Origin: Octopus vulgaris
Taxonomy: Eukaryota
Direction of reading: 5' to 3'
Length of the DNA stretch: 64,000 bases
Assembly (NCBI GenBank): GCA_951406725.2
Contig: OX597829.1
Span: 44,020,001 to 44,084,000, forward strand
A model generated the notes under the pieces. It was given only the letters and a program-made list of their open reading frames with translations. It made no database searches and had not been told where the DNA came from. Below, piece after piece: positions 1 through 13,514 of the stretch; position 1 is the stretch's first letter, and each line of letters starts with the position of its first letter. The position numbers and the translations under genes are program-made.

Positions 1-175
1 CATGCTCAGCTGGTTACGGTCAAACAACTGAGAAGCAAATTTGTAGTATTGAGCAGAATATTTTCTGTAGCCCATCTTTTATACCAAGACAAAACAATGT
101 ACATGATAACACTTCCAATCAGTTAAGATCAGAAGCCATGGGAGCCACTGCCTGGTACTGCATCAGGGCATTTAT
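1..175 (-). repeat. Interspersed repeat, partial (same family as 7068-7630)
   Basis: The reverse complement matches 7068-7240 (tgccctgatgc..gcagtggct..catgg..ctgatcttaa..gattggaagtgtt..gttgagcatg). Confidence 0.75.
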
Positions 176-483
176 TATTATTGTTGTTGTTGTTGTTGTT
201 ACTATTATTATTATTATTATTATTATTATTCGACAAAAAAAAAGGATACAAATCACTGGTGTCAATTGTGACCCTGATGGAAGTGGATGTGATTGCACAA
301 TAATAATAATTACAAAGAAATGCAAGCTATTTTGTGTAGCTTACTCCCATGTGGGTGATAAACCTCGAACTGGGTACTTATACGTGCATAACCCTGAGGG
401 TTGTATGTATTTTAATATCTTATACTTGTGTTCTCTTTTCAACGTCTCCCGTTCATCTTTCATTTTGTTAATATTTTGTACGC

Positions 484-625
484 TGAGGCCATGCTGGAGC
501 ACCGCTTTTGGTCAAGCAAATCGACCCCCAGGACTTATTCTTTGTAAACCTAATACTTTTTCTATCGGTCTCTTTTGCCGAACCGCTAGATTACGGGAAC
601 GTAAACACACCAGTATCAGTTGTCA
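484..625 (-). mobile_element. SINE family A, 3' fragment
   Basis: ggccatgctggagcaccgc...aatcgaccccc aggacttattctttgtaa...gccgaaccgcta matches the reverse complement of the full copies, e.g. 22038-22450. Confidence 0.8.
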
Positions 626-731
626 ACCAGGGTCTGGTTCAGTGCAGAACTTTACGTGAATCAGTACTGAAACAAGTTCACTAGTAGTTTCCTAGTGGCC
701 AGAGCTGAGATGAAGCTAAGCGAAGCATGTA

Positions 732-1298
732 TTGGGCTGTCCGGAAAGTTCGTACCGATTTTTAAAGGAAAGAAAAAGGTCAATAAATACTTGCCATTAC
801 ATTTTTAATCAACCAAATATGAACCATTTTGTTGCACAATGCCTCTCCATCTTTCCTTTAACTTGAAAATACCCTCTTCTCAGAATTGAGGTGGCTTCAT
901 GGTAAATAATTCATCAAGGTATCTTTTTACGTCATCCAAGGAATTGAAATTTTTACCATTAAGACTATTCTGCAGAGGCGTGAATAAGTGGAAATCCGAA
1001 AGAGTAATATCTGGGGAATATGGAGGGTGGGGTAACATATCCCCGCCAAGCTGCAGCAATTTTTGTCTGGTTCCCAAAGCATCAAGTGCCGAAAATGAAC
1101 TTTCTTGTCTACCATTTTAAAGGGTTACAGAATTAACACAGGTTATAGGAAGATAAACCTTCTTCCACGAAAAAATAGCTTAAACTGTGCTCTAAATGGA
1201 GGTGTAGTCAAATCCTATTTCAATGGACTCAACCATGTTCTAAAATAAGTGGAAAGGTAAGCTACTATAAATCGGCACGAACTTTCCGGACAACCCAA
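732..1298 (-). mobile_element. Internally deleted mariner (DD34D-type) element
   Basis: About 30-bp TIRs ttgggctgtccggaaagttcgtaccgattt / aaatcggcacgaactttccggacaacccaa, flanked by TA (730-731, 1299-1300). The minus strand encodes a mariner N-terminus (MVDKKVHFRHLMLWE) and a C-terminal HPPYSPDITLSDFHLF (YSPDLAPxD motif). Confidence 0.9.
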
Positions 1299-1339
1299 TA
1301 TATATCGCCTCCGTCATATATTATACCCAGACTGTAAAC

Positions 1340-1805
1340 CAGCGAGCTGCCAAAATCGCTAAGTACGCCAGGAAAAACACTTAACAGTATTTCGTCTGTC
1401 TCCCCGTTCTGTGTTTCAATGCCGCCGAGGGCGAATTTGCTTCTCATCCTTTCGGGATCGATTAAATAAGTACCTATTTCTTTACTCCCCACAAGGGGCT
1501 AAACACAGAGAAGACAAACAAGAACAGACAAATGGATTAAGTCGATTATATCGACCCCACTGCGTAACTGGTATTTATTTAATCGACCCCGAAAGGATGA
1601 AAGGCAAAGTCGACCTCGGCGGAATTTGAACTCAGAACGTAGCGGCAGACGAAATACCGGTAGGCATTTTGCCCGGCGTGCTAACGTTTCTGCCAGCTCG
1701 CCGCCTTATGACGAAATAAGTAGCAGTCGTGCTCTGGGGCCGATGTAATCAACTTACCTCTTCTCAAAAATTGCTGGCCTTGGGCCAAAATTTGAAATCG
1801 ATTTG
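1340..1805. mobile_element. Cluster of SINE family B copies (near-full copy 1475-1707 on -)
   Basis: Matches ggcggcgagctggcagaaacgttagcacgccggg...ttctgagttcaaattccgccgaggtcgactttgcctttcatcctttcggggtcgat, a sequence seen many times in the window. Confidence 0.8.
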
Positions 1806-2139
1806 TTACCACTTCACTGACGTTGCCCTATTTGTTATTTTACTCGTGGAAGATTCAGGAGCCCTTGTTAGAAGATGCAGTTGCTACGAAAACTCAGTGC
1901 ACAAAGGATCGGAATGTAGTCAATCAGCCATAATGGTTTACGAATTGGGTAATGCAGTGGCGTGGCAAATCTGCCTGTTTGTCAATACTCAGAGCATCGC
2001 ACGGTTTCTACACCCAGGAAGACCCTGGACATCAATAGAAAGTGCTTCAAGAGTTTCATTCGGATGATTTGGCAAGAGAGGTCAATGAACAACTTACAGA
2101 AAGGGAAATTAGTGGTATTATCATTTCTATGTATCAGGT

Positions 2140-2345
2140 AGTGAACAGACAAAATCGTTAGCACGCCGGGCGAAGTGCTTAGCGGCATTTCGTCTGTCTT
2201 CGTGTTCTGAGTTCAAATTCCGCTGTGGTCGACATTAGCTTTCACCCTTTTGGGGTCAATAAATTAAGTACCAGCGAATCACTTGGTTCGATGTACTCAA
2301 CTAGTTCCCTCCACCAAAATTTCAGGTCTTGTGCCTATAGTAGAA

Positions 2346-2434
<89 letters not shown>

Positions 2435-2870
2435 CAAGGCATCGATCTTGAAGAATCATTAACATGCCGGTGAAAAAGCTTAGCAGCATTTCGTCCGTCT
2501 TCAGGTTCCGAATTCAAATTCCGCCAAAGTCATCTTTGTTTTTCATCCTCTCGGGGTCGATGAAATAATGCATCACCTGAGCACTGGGATTGATGTAATC
2601 GACTCACTGCCTCTTCCGAAATCGGTAGCCTGGTGCCAAAATTTGAATCAGTTATTAGAGAGGTGTAATGGCAGAATCGTTAGAAAGAAGAGGAAAATGC
2701 TTTCCATTATTTGTTCCGGTTCTTCACTTTCTGAGTTCAAATGCCACCGACGCCAGCTTTGCTTTTCATCCTTCCGGTGTCGATAAAATAAAGTACAAAG
2801 TCAAGCACTAGGTTAGATTTTAATCGACTTGCCCCTTCCCTCAAAATTGCTGGCCTTCTGTCAAAATTAG
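2140..2870 (+). mobile_element. Three tandem diverged SINE family B copies; the first two are separated by (ATT)n
   Basis: The ttctgagttcaaattccgc..ctttcatcc..ggtcgataaa core recurs at about 2205, 2505 and 2730. Confidence 0.75.
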
Positions 2871-2875
2871 AAAGA

Positions 2876-2903
2876 ATTATTATTATCATTATTGTTATTA
2901 TTA

Positions 2904-2993
<90 letters not shown>
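2876..2993. repeat. (ATT)n microsatellite
   Basis: Read directly from the sequence. Confidence 0.95.
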
Positions 2994-2995
<2 letters not shown>

Positions 2996-3992
2996 AGTAA
3001 AACTATTCAAAAGGAAATACAAAAGAAAAGCAAGAAAATGTAATGGCCGAATAACAGGTTTAGGAAACAAAGGGCTGAGTCGAAGACTGTGTAACAGCAT
3101 GCGTGCACCTCCGCTATTATCTTGTCGAGTTCGCGAAACGTTGTATTGATAAAAACCGTTGGATTACGGAATCCCTAAGTAAAAATTGATAAGCAATGGC
3201 AGCCTTTTCCTGTGGAAATGTTATTAACTAGAGAAGGGTTATTAGCAAGAGTTAAAACCGGATATCTGTTTAAGAAAAACAGTCAAAGAAGCAGGGCACG
3301 CTGATTTTTCTTACTGATTGGTCTTTCAGTTTCGGCTGATCTTGATACATGCTGACATGTAGAGACGAAAGAATAATTGAACCTCGATACCAAAAGGCGA
3401 ACACACGACGAATCTATACGTCTGTCGAGGATAAAAGGTTCAGACGCACGGCTCTCACGTTCTGTGGCCAATTTGCAGGGAATGCGCCACTTTTGATACG
3501 TTAATTGCCCAGGCAACGAAGTCACAGAGCATCTCAAAAGCTGTGGTGTCCGTGATATCTAGAAATTCGCTCGAATAATGACAAAAATTACAGCAAAATG
3601 TCGCCTTCACCATCTCGATTAAACGGTGAGATCAAGTTAAATGAACACGAATTGGATGCCACTTGAAAGTTTTCTTTTTTCTTTCCTTTTTCTTTTCTTT
3701 TTTTTTTTCATTTTCTTCCTCTTCTCTCTCTCTATCATTCACAGCACACCCTTTTACCATCTTTTACCATTCTCTCCCTTTCCTTTCTTTCTCCAAGATA
3801 TTGCTTTTCACTGATTCCATTTCCCTTACCTATCAATCCATACTGTATCATTGCTCTTTTTCTATCTTCCGTGTTGACGTTATCAACTCTCAATTATCAT
3901 TATTTTTGATGACTCCCACCTTTCCTATGTCCATCACTTCTACACAGCATAACTTCCACCATATAATTCTTACTATTCATATCATTAAACAT

Positions 3993-4665
<673 letters not shown>

Positions 4666-5227
4666 TTTACTGATGCTGTTGTTGTTTTTCTTTTGAAATG
4701 CTTCTTATCAAAAGGTTGCTTATTTGTCTGCCGATTATAACCTGCGCGGTGAGTTCCCCCTGTGATATAAACGTCACACTAATGACCCTTCTCTTGACGT
4801 TCAGGTGAATTTTTCCTGTCGCTGTCAGCTCGCCGTGTTCGCCGCGTACTGATTATCATGAAACCGGTGTGAGACGAAAATGTGTGCTCGCTCTACTTAT
4901 GGAGGGTAAAGGGAACGGTGGGAATCACCAGTTTTTTCTTTCTCTCTTCGCTTTTTTGCCCATTATTTCATTTTGTTTTTCTACTTTTTGTAATTTATAT
5001 ATATATCTTTTTTAAATTAAAAAAATTTTTTTTTTTTATAGAATTTGCTATTGTTTTTGTTGTCGTTGTTGTTATTGTTATGTTTGGCTTGAGTAATCTG
5101 ACGTCTCTTTTTATTTTTCTGGTGGAAAATTCCCGAGTAAGCGTAAATTTTCTTGGAGCTTATTTCTATATATATATTTGAATTTCCAAACATTTTATAA
5201 CTGATTTCTCTCCTCAACATATATTCT

Positions 5228-5292
<65 letters not shown>

Positions 5293-5370
5293 AATCGCTT
5301 ACTTTCTGTGTAAGATATCTGTATGTGTTTGTACGCGTGTTTTTGTGCGTGCGTGTATGTACTTTTTTAA

Positions 5371-5580
5371 AACTCTTTTACTCTTTTATTTGTGTCAGTC
5401 ATTTGACTATGGCCATGCTGGAGCACTACTTTTAGTCGAGCAAATCGACCCCGGACTTATTCTTTGTAAGCCTAGTACTTATTGTTGGCTCTTTTGCCGA
5501 ACCGCTAGGTTACGGGGACACAAACACACCAGTATCGATTGTCAAGCGATGTTGGGAGACAAACAGACACACAAACACAG

Positions 5581-5629
<49 letters not shown>

Positions 5630-6145
5630 CGACGAGCTTCTTTCAGTTTCCGTCCTTCAAATCCACTTACAATGCTTTGGCCGGCTCGAGGCTATAGTAG
5701 AAGACACTTGTACAAGGCAGTGGGACTGAACCCGAAGCCATGCAGTTGGTAAGCAAACTTCTTACCTCACAACCACACCTATGTATTATTTTACATGTTT
5801 CATTCATTACACTGTAGACATGCTGGGACACTCCCTTGAAAATTCTTTAGTCGAAGAAATCGATCTCAGTACTATATTTTTAAAGCCTGGTACTTATTCC
5901 ATCGGTTCTTTCCATGTACTGCTAAGTTACGGGGACGTAAACACACCAACACCAGCTCTCAAGCGGTGGTGGGACGCACACGAATATAAACAACAGGCTT
6001 CTTTCAGTTTCCGACTACAAAATCCACTCACAAGTCTTTGGTCAGTCCAAGGCTATAGTGGAAGACATTTGCCCGAGGTGCCCCGCTGCGAGACTGAACC
6101 CGTAACCATGTGGTTAGGAAGCGTAACCTTCAAAGCCACGCCTGA
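5371..6145 (-). mobile_element. Two tandem SINE family A copies (5371-5780; more diverged 5781-6145)
   Basis: Reverse-complement match to the family A consensus, including the tRNA-like head (tggctgtgtggtaag...gggttcagtccc). Confidence 0.85.
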
Positions 6146-6245
6146 TTAACTTGTGCTAATATCAAGTTGTATACAAAGACAATTTAGCATTAAACAAAAA
6201 TATTACGAAATACTTTTTAGTAAAGTACATATTTATTAATTTACA

Positions 6246-6655
6246 GTAGGAATGGCTGTGTGGTAAGTAGCTTGCTTACCAACCACATGGTGCCGCGTTC
6301 AGTCCCACTGTGTGACACCTTGGTCAAGTGTCTTCTGCTATAGTCTCGGGCCGACCAAAGCTTTGTCAGTGGATTTGGTAGACGGAAGCTGAAAGAAGCT
6401 TGTCGAATATATGTATATATATATATATGTATGTGTGTGTATACGTTTGTATGTCTGTGTTTGTCCCCCCAACATCGCATGACAACAGAGGCTGGTGTGT
6501 TTACGTCCCCGTGACTTAACGGTTCGGCAAATGAGACCGAAAGAATAAGTACTAGGCTTACAAAGAATAAGTCCTGGGTCGATTTGCTCGACTAAAAGGC
6601 TGTGCTCCAGCATAGCCACAGTCAAATGACTGAAACAAGTAAAAGAGTAAAATAA
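6246..6655 (+). mobile_element. SINE family A, full length
   Basis: Head ggaatggctgtgtggtaagtagcttgcttaccaaccacatgg..gttcagtccc (A/B-box-like), internal (TA/TG)n, tail gactgaaacaagtaaaagagtaaa. Confidence 0.9.
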
Positions 6656-6660
6656 AAGTT

Positions 6661-7022
6661 TAAAAAATGTTGCCAGTGACTTCGAACCCAACTTGGGTTC
6701 GGGGAGGGGGCGTGTCGAAAGGGCCGGCATGTGCAACCTTATCACCTCTGTCTGTCAAACTCCCAACCCATGCGTTCCCGTCGTGACACTGATCCCGCAG
6801 AACTGGATTGGGTGTGCTAAACAAAACCAGAACATACACTTTGACTGTCATAGATTTTCTTCATGCATGCAAGGGAACGGTGCCTTGAATGCCTTAATGC
6901 CTTTTAGGCTTCATTTTACAATATAACGGTTCAATGAGTACAAAAATGGGTAAAAAGGTAAAGGGCATTGCTTATCGACAAAGTTTCTTACATACCCGGG
7001 CAACGCCGGGCTATGCTGCTTG
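6661..7022 (+). mobile_element. Helitron-like 3' portion (5' end not identified)
   Basis: Ends in the hairpin cccgggcaacgccggg followed by ctatgctgcttg|t, nearly identical to the Helitron 3' end at 26176-26204. Confidence 0.55.
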
Positions 7023-7067
7023 TATATATATGAACACGACACTCATTAATATATTAGAAGATATATA

Positions 7068-7630
7068 ATGCCCTGATGCGGTACGAGGCAGTGGCTCTCA
7101 TGGTTTCTGATCTTAATTGATTGGAAGTGTTGTCACGTACATGTTTTGTCTTGGTATAAAAGATGGGCTACAGCAAATATTCTGCTCAATACCACAGATT
7201 TGCTCGTCAGTTGTTTGACCTTAACCAGTTGAGCATGTCCCTTAGTGGCTGACTATATGTGCATCTCTGATCACGAGCAGAAGTAGTGGGGGAGCATCAT
7301 AACCATGTGTTGAGAAGGATTCTTTGGGGTTTGAATAGTTCACCTCTGGAAACATGGGTGTTTCGTTCAACGCCCTTAAACAACCCTTATTCAGGGACCT
7401 TTTGAGCGGGATGGGTTACTCGATCTGAAGAAAATTCTAACTGGGCCCCACCTGCAAGGTCATGTGCTGTTTATCTTGATATGAGATCACCATGTCACAC
7501 ACATATGGTTGTGATGCATGTGCCTGGTTTCACCCTTATCAGACGGGTAGTCATGATGGTTATATTGGGCTTCGTATATTTTACCCCAATGTCACTTTGA
7601 TGGCATGCACTGCCCTCTCACTCAATAATA
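7068..7630 (+). repeat. Unclassified interspersed repeat (retroposon-like) ending in an (AAT)/(GAT)n tail
   Basis: A second copy lies at 1-175; a trinucleotide tail runs 7624-7740. Confidence 0.6.
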
Positions 7631-7661
7631 ATGATGACGACGACGACGACGACGATGATGG

Positions 7662-7713
<52 letters not shown>

Positions 7714-8184
7714 GATGATGATGATGATGAGGAGGAGGAACATTTCACCAAAAAGGCCTAACAGCATCTAGTACAGCATCAAGAAATGAAAAGCAACATA
7801 AAAAGGTGGAGTTTACACCCCACCGAGAAGTACAACAGTGTTATAGTAAATAATAGAAAAGAATAGAATTTAGAAAAACAAGTTTATGACATTAATAATA
7901 TGTCTTACTTGAACAAGATTTATAGTAATCAATAGATATAGCAGAGTAAAAGTTTATTTAAATGGTGCAGCCTGTTGTGAGAATCACAGCAATCTTTAAG
8001 AAGAATGTTCGTCTAACGGAAAACAGTCACCACAACAATAAGGCGATAAAATCCAGCCAACAAGAAAATAACTGCATAATTTTAGTACCATTTTATTTAT
8101 ATACTCTAGTTTTTTTGTACGCACACACACACAGAGAAACACATATGTAATACGTCTATATCTCTATCTATAAATTTATATCTT

Positions 8185-8570
8185 GTATGTGGCTGTGTGG
8201 TAAGAAGATAGCTTCTTACATCTGAGATGACAATCTCGTCTAGGTATTATATATGGCTGGCTGCAAAAACACATCATTCGTCATCGACTGCATATGAACA
8301 TGTACCCAATAAAGGCAAAAATCTATCTAGTCTTTCCACTCACTGCTACTGCAATGGCTTCCGTCTCCCTTCGCTACATATAGTGTTTTTAAACACTGTT
8401 CTAGCTTGCTAGCTTCTTCTGTGTGGTAAGAAGCTAACTACATGATTCCCTGTTCAGTCCCACTGCGTGGCACTTTGGGCAAGTAAATGTCTTCTACTCT
8501 AGCCTTTAAGACGGTGCTCCAGCATGGCCGCAGTCAAATACCTGAAACAAATAAAATAATAAAAGAATGT
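8185..8570 (+). mobile_element. Rearranged SINE A carrying a ~180-bp insert copied from 12605-12790
   Basis: The SINE head ctgtgtggtaagaag occurs twice (~8193 and ~8419); the intervening sequence is the reverse complement of 12605-12790. Confidence 0.7.
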
Positions 8571-9014
8571 ATATATAGAGCGAGAGGTGTAGGCATATAC
8601 AATTATTTAGATAAGCGTCGGCCAGATTTGGCCCAGGGCATGTCTAACTTACTAGCATCGTTTGGAATAGACATTTAACGATGTTTCATATTACAGCTAT
8701 TGTTTGGATGGGGACCATAGACCATTCGAGAGAAGAGTAACTATTTGCAGAGATATATCCAGACGTAGGTGGTTTATTTGGAATTTGATGGGGGTGGTCT
8801 CGGTTGAATGTCATGAGATATGAGATCCTTTTCTTCTTTTATGTCTTGGTATTTGACTGCGGCCATGCTGGAACACCGCCTGAAAGGGATTTGGTAGGAT
8901 TATGCAGTTAGATATTTGTTTTCTTTTTTGTCATTATTTTATAATCTGTATTTAGTAATGCATGTAAAGGTATGATTCAAGCCTAAGTGTGTTTATTTAT
9001 CTTACTGTTCCCAG

Positions 9015-9410
9015 ACGTAGGAGTGGCTGTGTGGTAAGTAGCTTGCTTACCAACCACATGGTCCCGGGTTCAGTCCCACTGCGTGGCACCTTGGCTAAGT
9101 GTCTTCTACTATAGCCTCGGGCCGACCAAAACCTTGTGAGTGGATTTGGTAGACGGAAACTGAAAGAAGCCTGTCGTATATATGTATATATATATATATA
9201 TGTGTGTGTTTGTGTGTCTGTGTTTGACCCCCTAGCATTGCTTGACAACCGATGCTGGTGTGTTTACGTCCCCGTCACTTAGCGGTTCGGCAAAAAAGAG
9301 ACCGATAGAATAAGTACTGGGCTTACAAAGAATAAGTACCGGGGTCGATTTGCTCGACTAAAGGCGGTGCTCCAGCATGGCCGCAGTCAAATGACTGAAA
9401 CAAGTAAAAA
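9015..9410 (+). mobile_element. SINE family A, full length
   Basis: Close match to the 22038 and 24384 copies. Confidence 0.9.
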
Positions 9411-9659
9411 AAAAAAGAGAAAAAAAAAAATAAAACCTCAGTAACGATTCTTCTTATAGCTAAACTTTCTTTTGCCGAAGCACTCGCTCTAGATGAACAA
9501 TTTTGGAATTTAAGTTCGCCTGCGTTTGAGCATTACTCCCTGTTATCAATACTGAATTTAGTTGACTTCCAACGCACACTTTCCCCAACCTGTGTGTGTG
9601 TATGTGTGTGTGTGTGTGTGTATAAACAAAACAAAAAATAGAACAACAATGTAACATGT

Positions 9660-10330
9660 GACAACAAAACATCCGGACAGTTAGACAGTTAGGCGATACA
9701 AAAAAGGAGAGGGAAAAACAAGGACGGGTCATTCGGAGCTTTCAATCTTCAGTCGAGTACCAGATCGTCTTTGCATTTCGCTCCTCCCTTACCTCACTCT
9801 GTCCCTTTCCTTTTTTCTCTCTTTCTCGTCCCTCCCTAATCCTTCAATCCCTCTACCCCTACCTCTCTCCTCTTCTTCAACGTGACCGGGGTTCAGCCAT
9901 GCCTAACTTTTATTTCTTGGTTCGACTACCATCCGTGTAGCATCTCTTATATTCCTTCCCATGACTTTCATATTCTATGTTCCTGAAGTAAGGTTTCACT
10001 TCCACACACACCAGCTTAATGTAATTCGTCCTTAATCGAAAGACACCTGTTATTAATGTCTTGTTGTTTGCATTTCTAATTGTGTACTATTTCTCCATTT
10101 TTCCGTCTTTGTTTTCGCATATATTCGCTTGCTTTCTTCCAAAGAATCTAGTGGTCTTATCTTATATTTTCTTGGGGCCAGTCAGATTGGAGCAGTCTAG
10201 AGAATAACCGGCCGAAACTGCAAAGACGACCTGGTACTTGACTGAAGATCGAAATCTGCGAAAGGCTCTTCTTTGTTGTTCCTGTCCTTTTTTATAGCAT
10301 CTAACTCTCCGAATGTACGTACACATTTGG
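9660..10330. mobile_element. Short element with diverged inverted arms (about 9670-9780 vs 10212-10320) between microsatellites
   Basis: tcttcagtcgagtaccagatcgtctttgca is inverted as tgcaaagacgacctggtacttgactgaaga. Confidence 0.55.
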
Positions 10331-10333
10331 TCT

Positions 10334-10366
<33 letters not shown>

Positions 10367-11413
10367 TGATAATGAAACAGAAACAGCGCTCGGCGAACCA
10401 GCAATGTATATACATAAATTATATTTTTTTATATAATATATGTGTTTGTGAGTGCGTGTGTGTTGTGTGTGTATGTACACGTATAAACATATTCATGCAT
10501 ATACATATATATGTTTATTTATGTATATGTAGATGTATGTTTGTATGTGCATGTATATATGAAATTAGTGGAAGGATGGACGGACGGACGGACGGACGGA
10601 CGGACGGATGGATGGATGGATGGATGGATGGATGGATGGACAGACGGACGGATGGATGGAAATAGCTGAAGACCCTTGTCCTAGGTCGAATGCACTGGGA
10701 CTAAACTAGAAAATACCTGGTTGATAAGTAGGCTTCTTATCATTCACGCGGGATGCTTCCTCTAAAGGGTATAAAATATTGCATAAAATCTAGAAGTAGT
10801 CTAATAAAAGAATAGTTGTATATTTGTTTCTGACGAACCAATTTAAACAAATATAATAACACACGCTCACACACACGCACATCGGCAACATTCGTCAGTT
10901 TCTTGAAAATGGGTCCATAACCTCGAAATATTGAATACAAGGTAAGTCTACATTAATTCACATATTTTTGTTCGTGTGATTTACCTTGCATCTACTTCGC
11001 ATTGTTTTGGCCTTACCCACGATCTTTTATACAAATATAATAACATAGGCGTATAATAAATTGGCAGACAAATAAATCTCAAATTTTAGTTCCCGATATA
11101 AAAATACAAATTGCTATAAAAAAAATTTCAAATAATGTAAACAGTAATATATGAAAGAATTATTTTCGAAATTTTTTCTCTTATGAGGTTTTTCACGCTA
11201 TCTACCTGATAATTTCTTGTTAAGATTCCTTATTAAGAGGTTATCCTTAATTGTTATATATATATATATATATATAATATTAAATTAGAGATAAAACCAC
11301 TATTAGGCAAATCAAACAATAAAAAACCTAAGCCAATACATAAAATTAATTAATTTATATTATTTTAAATATATATCAAAATTATTAAAAGTTTAATAAA
11401 AGATAATGAGTAA

Positions 11414-11487
11414 AACACTACGATCGTTTCATGGCTGTCCAATTCGTAATAATTCGAGTTATGGTTACAGTCAATCTTCAGGTAATT
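11414..11487 (-). ncRNA. Type I hammerhead ribozyme motif
   Basis: Minus strand: aattac CTGAAGA t tgactgt...acagcca t GAAA cgatcg TA gtgtt. Palindromic stem III, imperfect stem I. The host element lies between (TA)n tracts. Confidence 0.6.
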
Positions 11488-11507
11488 GAAATATTTATCT
11501 TAGCGAG

Positions 11508-11565
<58 letters not shown>

Positions 11566-12997
11566 TACATTACATACATACATACACACATATATGTATG
11601 TGTGTGTGTGTGTGTAAGTATGAATGTATGTTTGTATGTATGTATGTATACATGTGTGTATGAATATCCATACATACACACACATACACGCAGAAACGCA
11701 CACGCGTATTCGTTCGTTCGGTTGAAGGATTAATGGAATAGGGTATTCTTCAAAACAAATGGGACTTACTATTTTCTTGCGAATCGAATGAATTTACGAG
11801 AAGAATACTGCAGGAACTTGGCATCCACACATTATCTGCATATGTATTCGAGAGTTTCTCAACCTTTATGCGACTGTTCGTTTATTTAAAAGCGGCGTAA
11901 AAGCGATGCTCTCTGGAAAGTGTGTCATGTAACTGTTAGTACGGCATGTCGATTCTTTTTTCCGCATTGTTTCGCCGTCACTAGTGGCTTTCGTCCCAGA
12001 ATAATGAGAATTGTTTGTAAAACTTTCGGTGAGCGTTTTTATCGATAACGCTTATTTAAGGTAAAATAATATGAAACCCCCTATAAATGTGTTCCTATGT
12101 AGAGCACTCTCCAAAGTTACAAACTACATTCGAAGGACATTTCTTTGACCATTCCATTCAAAATCATTTAATTTTATATGATTTTTCTGTTCGGCCGATT
12201 TTGAATCTCTCATCATGTGACTGTTGTCTTTGTTCTTCGGTTTTAATAACAGATTTACTGATTCGGCATCTTGTGGAGAAGTTTGGATAGACAAACTACG
12301 TGGTTGCAAGGGTAGGTCATGAGATTATAAGTGCATATTTTATTCAATATGATATGTCGGATTCTTCATGCGACAATTTTTCTTCCACTGGAGATTTATA
12401 TCACATCGCCGAAATATACAAAGTTGTAAATATCCGCTCAATTCCGCTTGTGAATTACAATCCATTACTAGCTACTAAGATTTACACTTTTTAGGTACCA
12501 TATTGCTTTAGACATCGAAGCATCGCAGTAAACCTATAAACATCGTTCACAGTCAATTTAGTGAGGTCTTCGACCGAGAAAAGGAAAAGATTTGTTATGG
12601 AATATCAGTGTTTTAATACACTATATGTAGCGGAGGGAGACGGAAGCCATTGCAGTAGCAGTGAGTGGGAAAGACTAGATAGATCTTTGCCTTTATTGGG
12701 TAGAAGTTCATATGCAGTCGATGACGAATGATGTGTACTTGCAGCCAGCCATGTATAATACCTAGACGAGATTGTCATCTCAGATGTAAGAATCAGCGAA
12801 TAATACATTCGCTAATATTGCGAATGCACTCCAGAATGGAAGAAATAATCCGTTGTTACGCAATAGAAGCAGCATAAAACAAAAAATAGGCATCTTAATG
12901 TATAAATGCTGTGGATATGCTCTTATATCTATAAAGCCATGGTTTTTTTATCCCATTACGCAAAAAATTCATGTATATATATATTTTTTTTTTTTAA

Positions 12998-13118
12998 TTT
13001 TATAGAAGGAGCTTCTACAGGACTAGAACTGTTTCATTCAAAAGAAATCATCAGGAAGCTCCTGATGATTTCTCTTGAATGAAACAGTTCTAGTCCTGTA
13101 GAAGCTCCTTCTATAAAA
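12998..13118. ncRNA. ~120-bp near-perfect palindrome formed by two divergent hammerhead motifs
   Basis: Minus strand: gcttc CTGATGA tttcttttgaat GAAA cag ttctagtc ctg TA gaagc. The plus strand carries the same motif with its core at 13062-13068. Confidence 0.7.
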
Positions 13119-13188
13119 TAAATTAATTTACTCTGCTATGTATTGAGTACCTTATTTACTGTGGTTAACCCCGACTCAACCCGGGACC

Positions 13189-13190
<2 letters not shown>
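13119..13190 (+). repeat. Downstream part of the hammerhead element, repeated at 14270-14345
   Basis: taaattaatt(t)tactctgctatgtattgagtacctta.ttactgtggttaaccccga.tcaacccgggaccta occurs twice, each time followed by (TA)n. Confidence 0.8.
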
Positions 13191-13243
<53 letters not shown>

Positions 13244-13463
13244 TTGTGTATGCGTGTGTTTGCATAAATAAATATAATTATATATGCATATATGTATATA
13301 TATATATATGTATATATGTATATATATATATGTATGTACATATATATATATGTATTTATATATATGCATGTAAATATATATATGCATGTATATATGTATA
13401 TATATATATGTATGTGTATATATATGTATATATATATGTATATATATATGTGTGTGTGTGTGT

Positions 13464-13514
<51 letters not shown>

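Noticed and set aside
10240-10265. CTGAAGAtcGAAA as a minimal hammerhead
   Set aside because: No convincing stem I, stem III or NUH site could be paired.
11740-12600. Possible decayed DNA transposase (CDNFSST / FLGTI piggyBac-like; GRKPLVT Tc1-like)
   Set aside because: The motifs are short, mutually inconsistent and lack TIRs; an HMM search would be needed.
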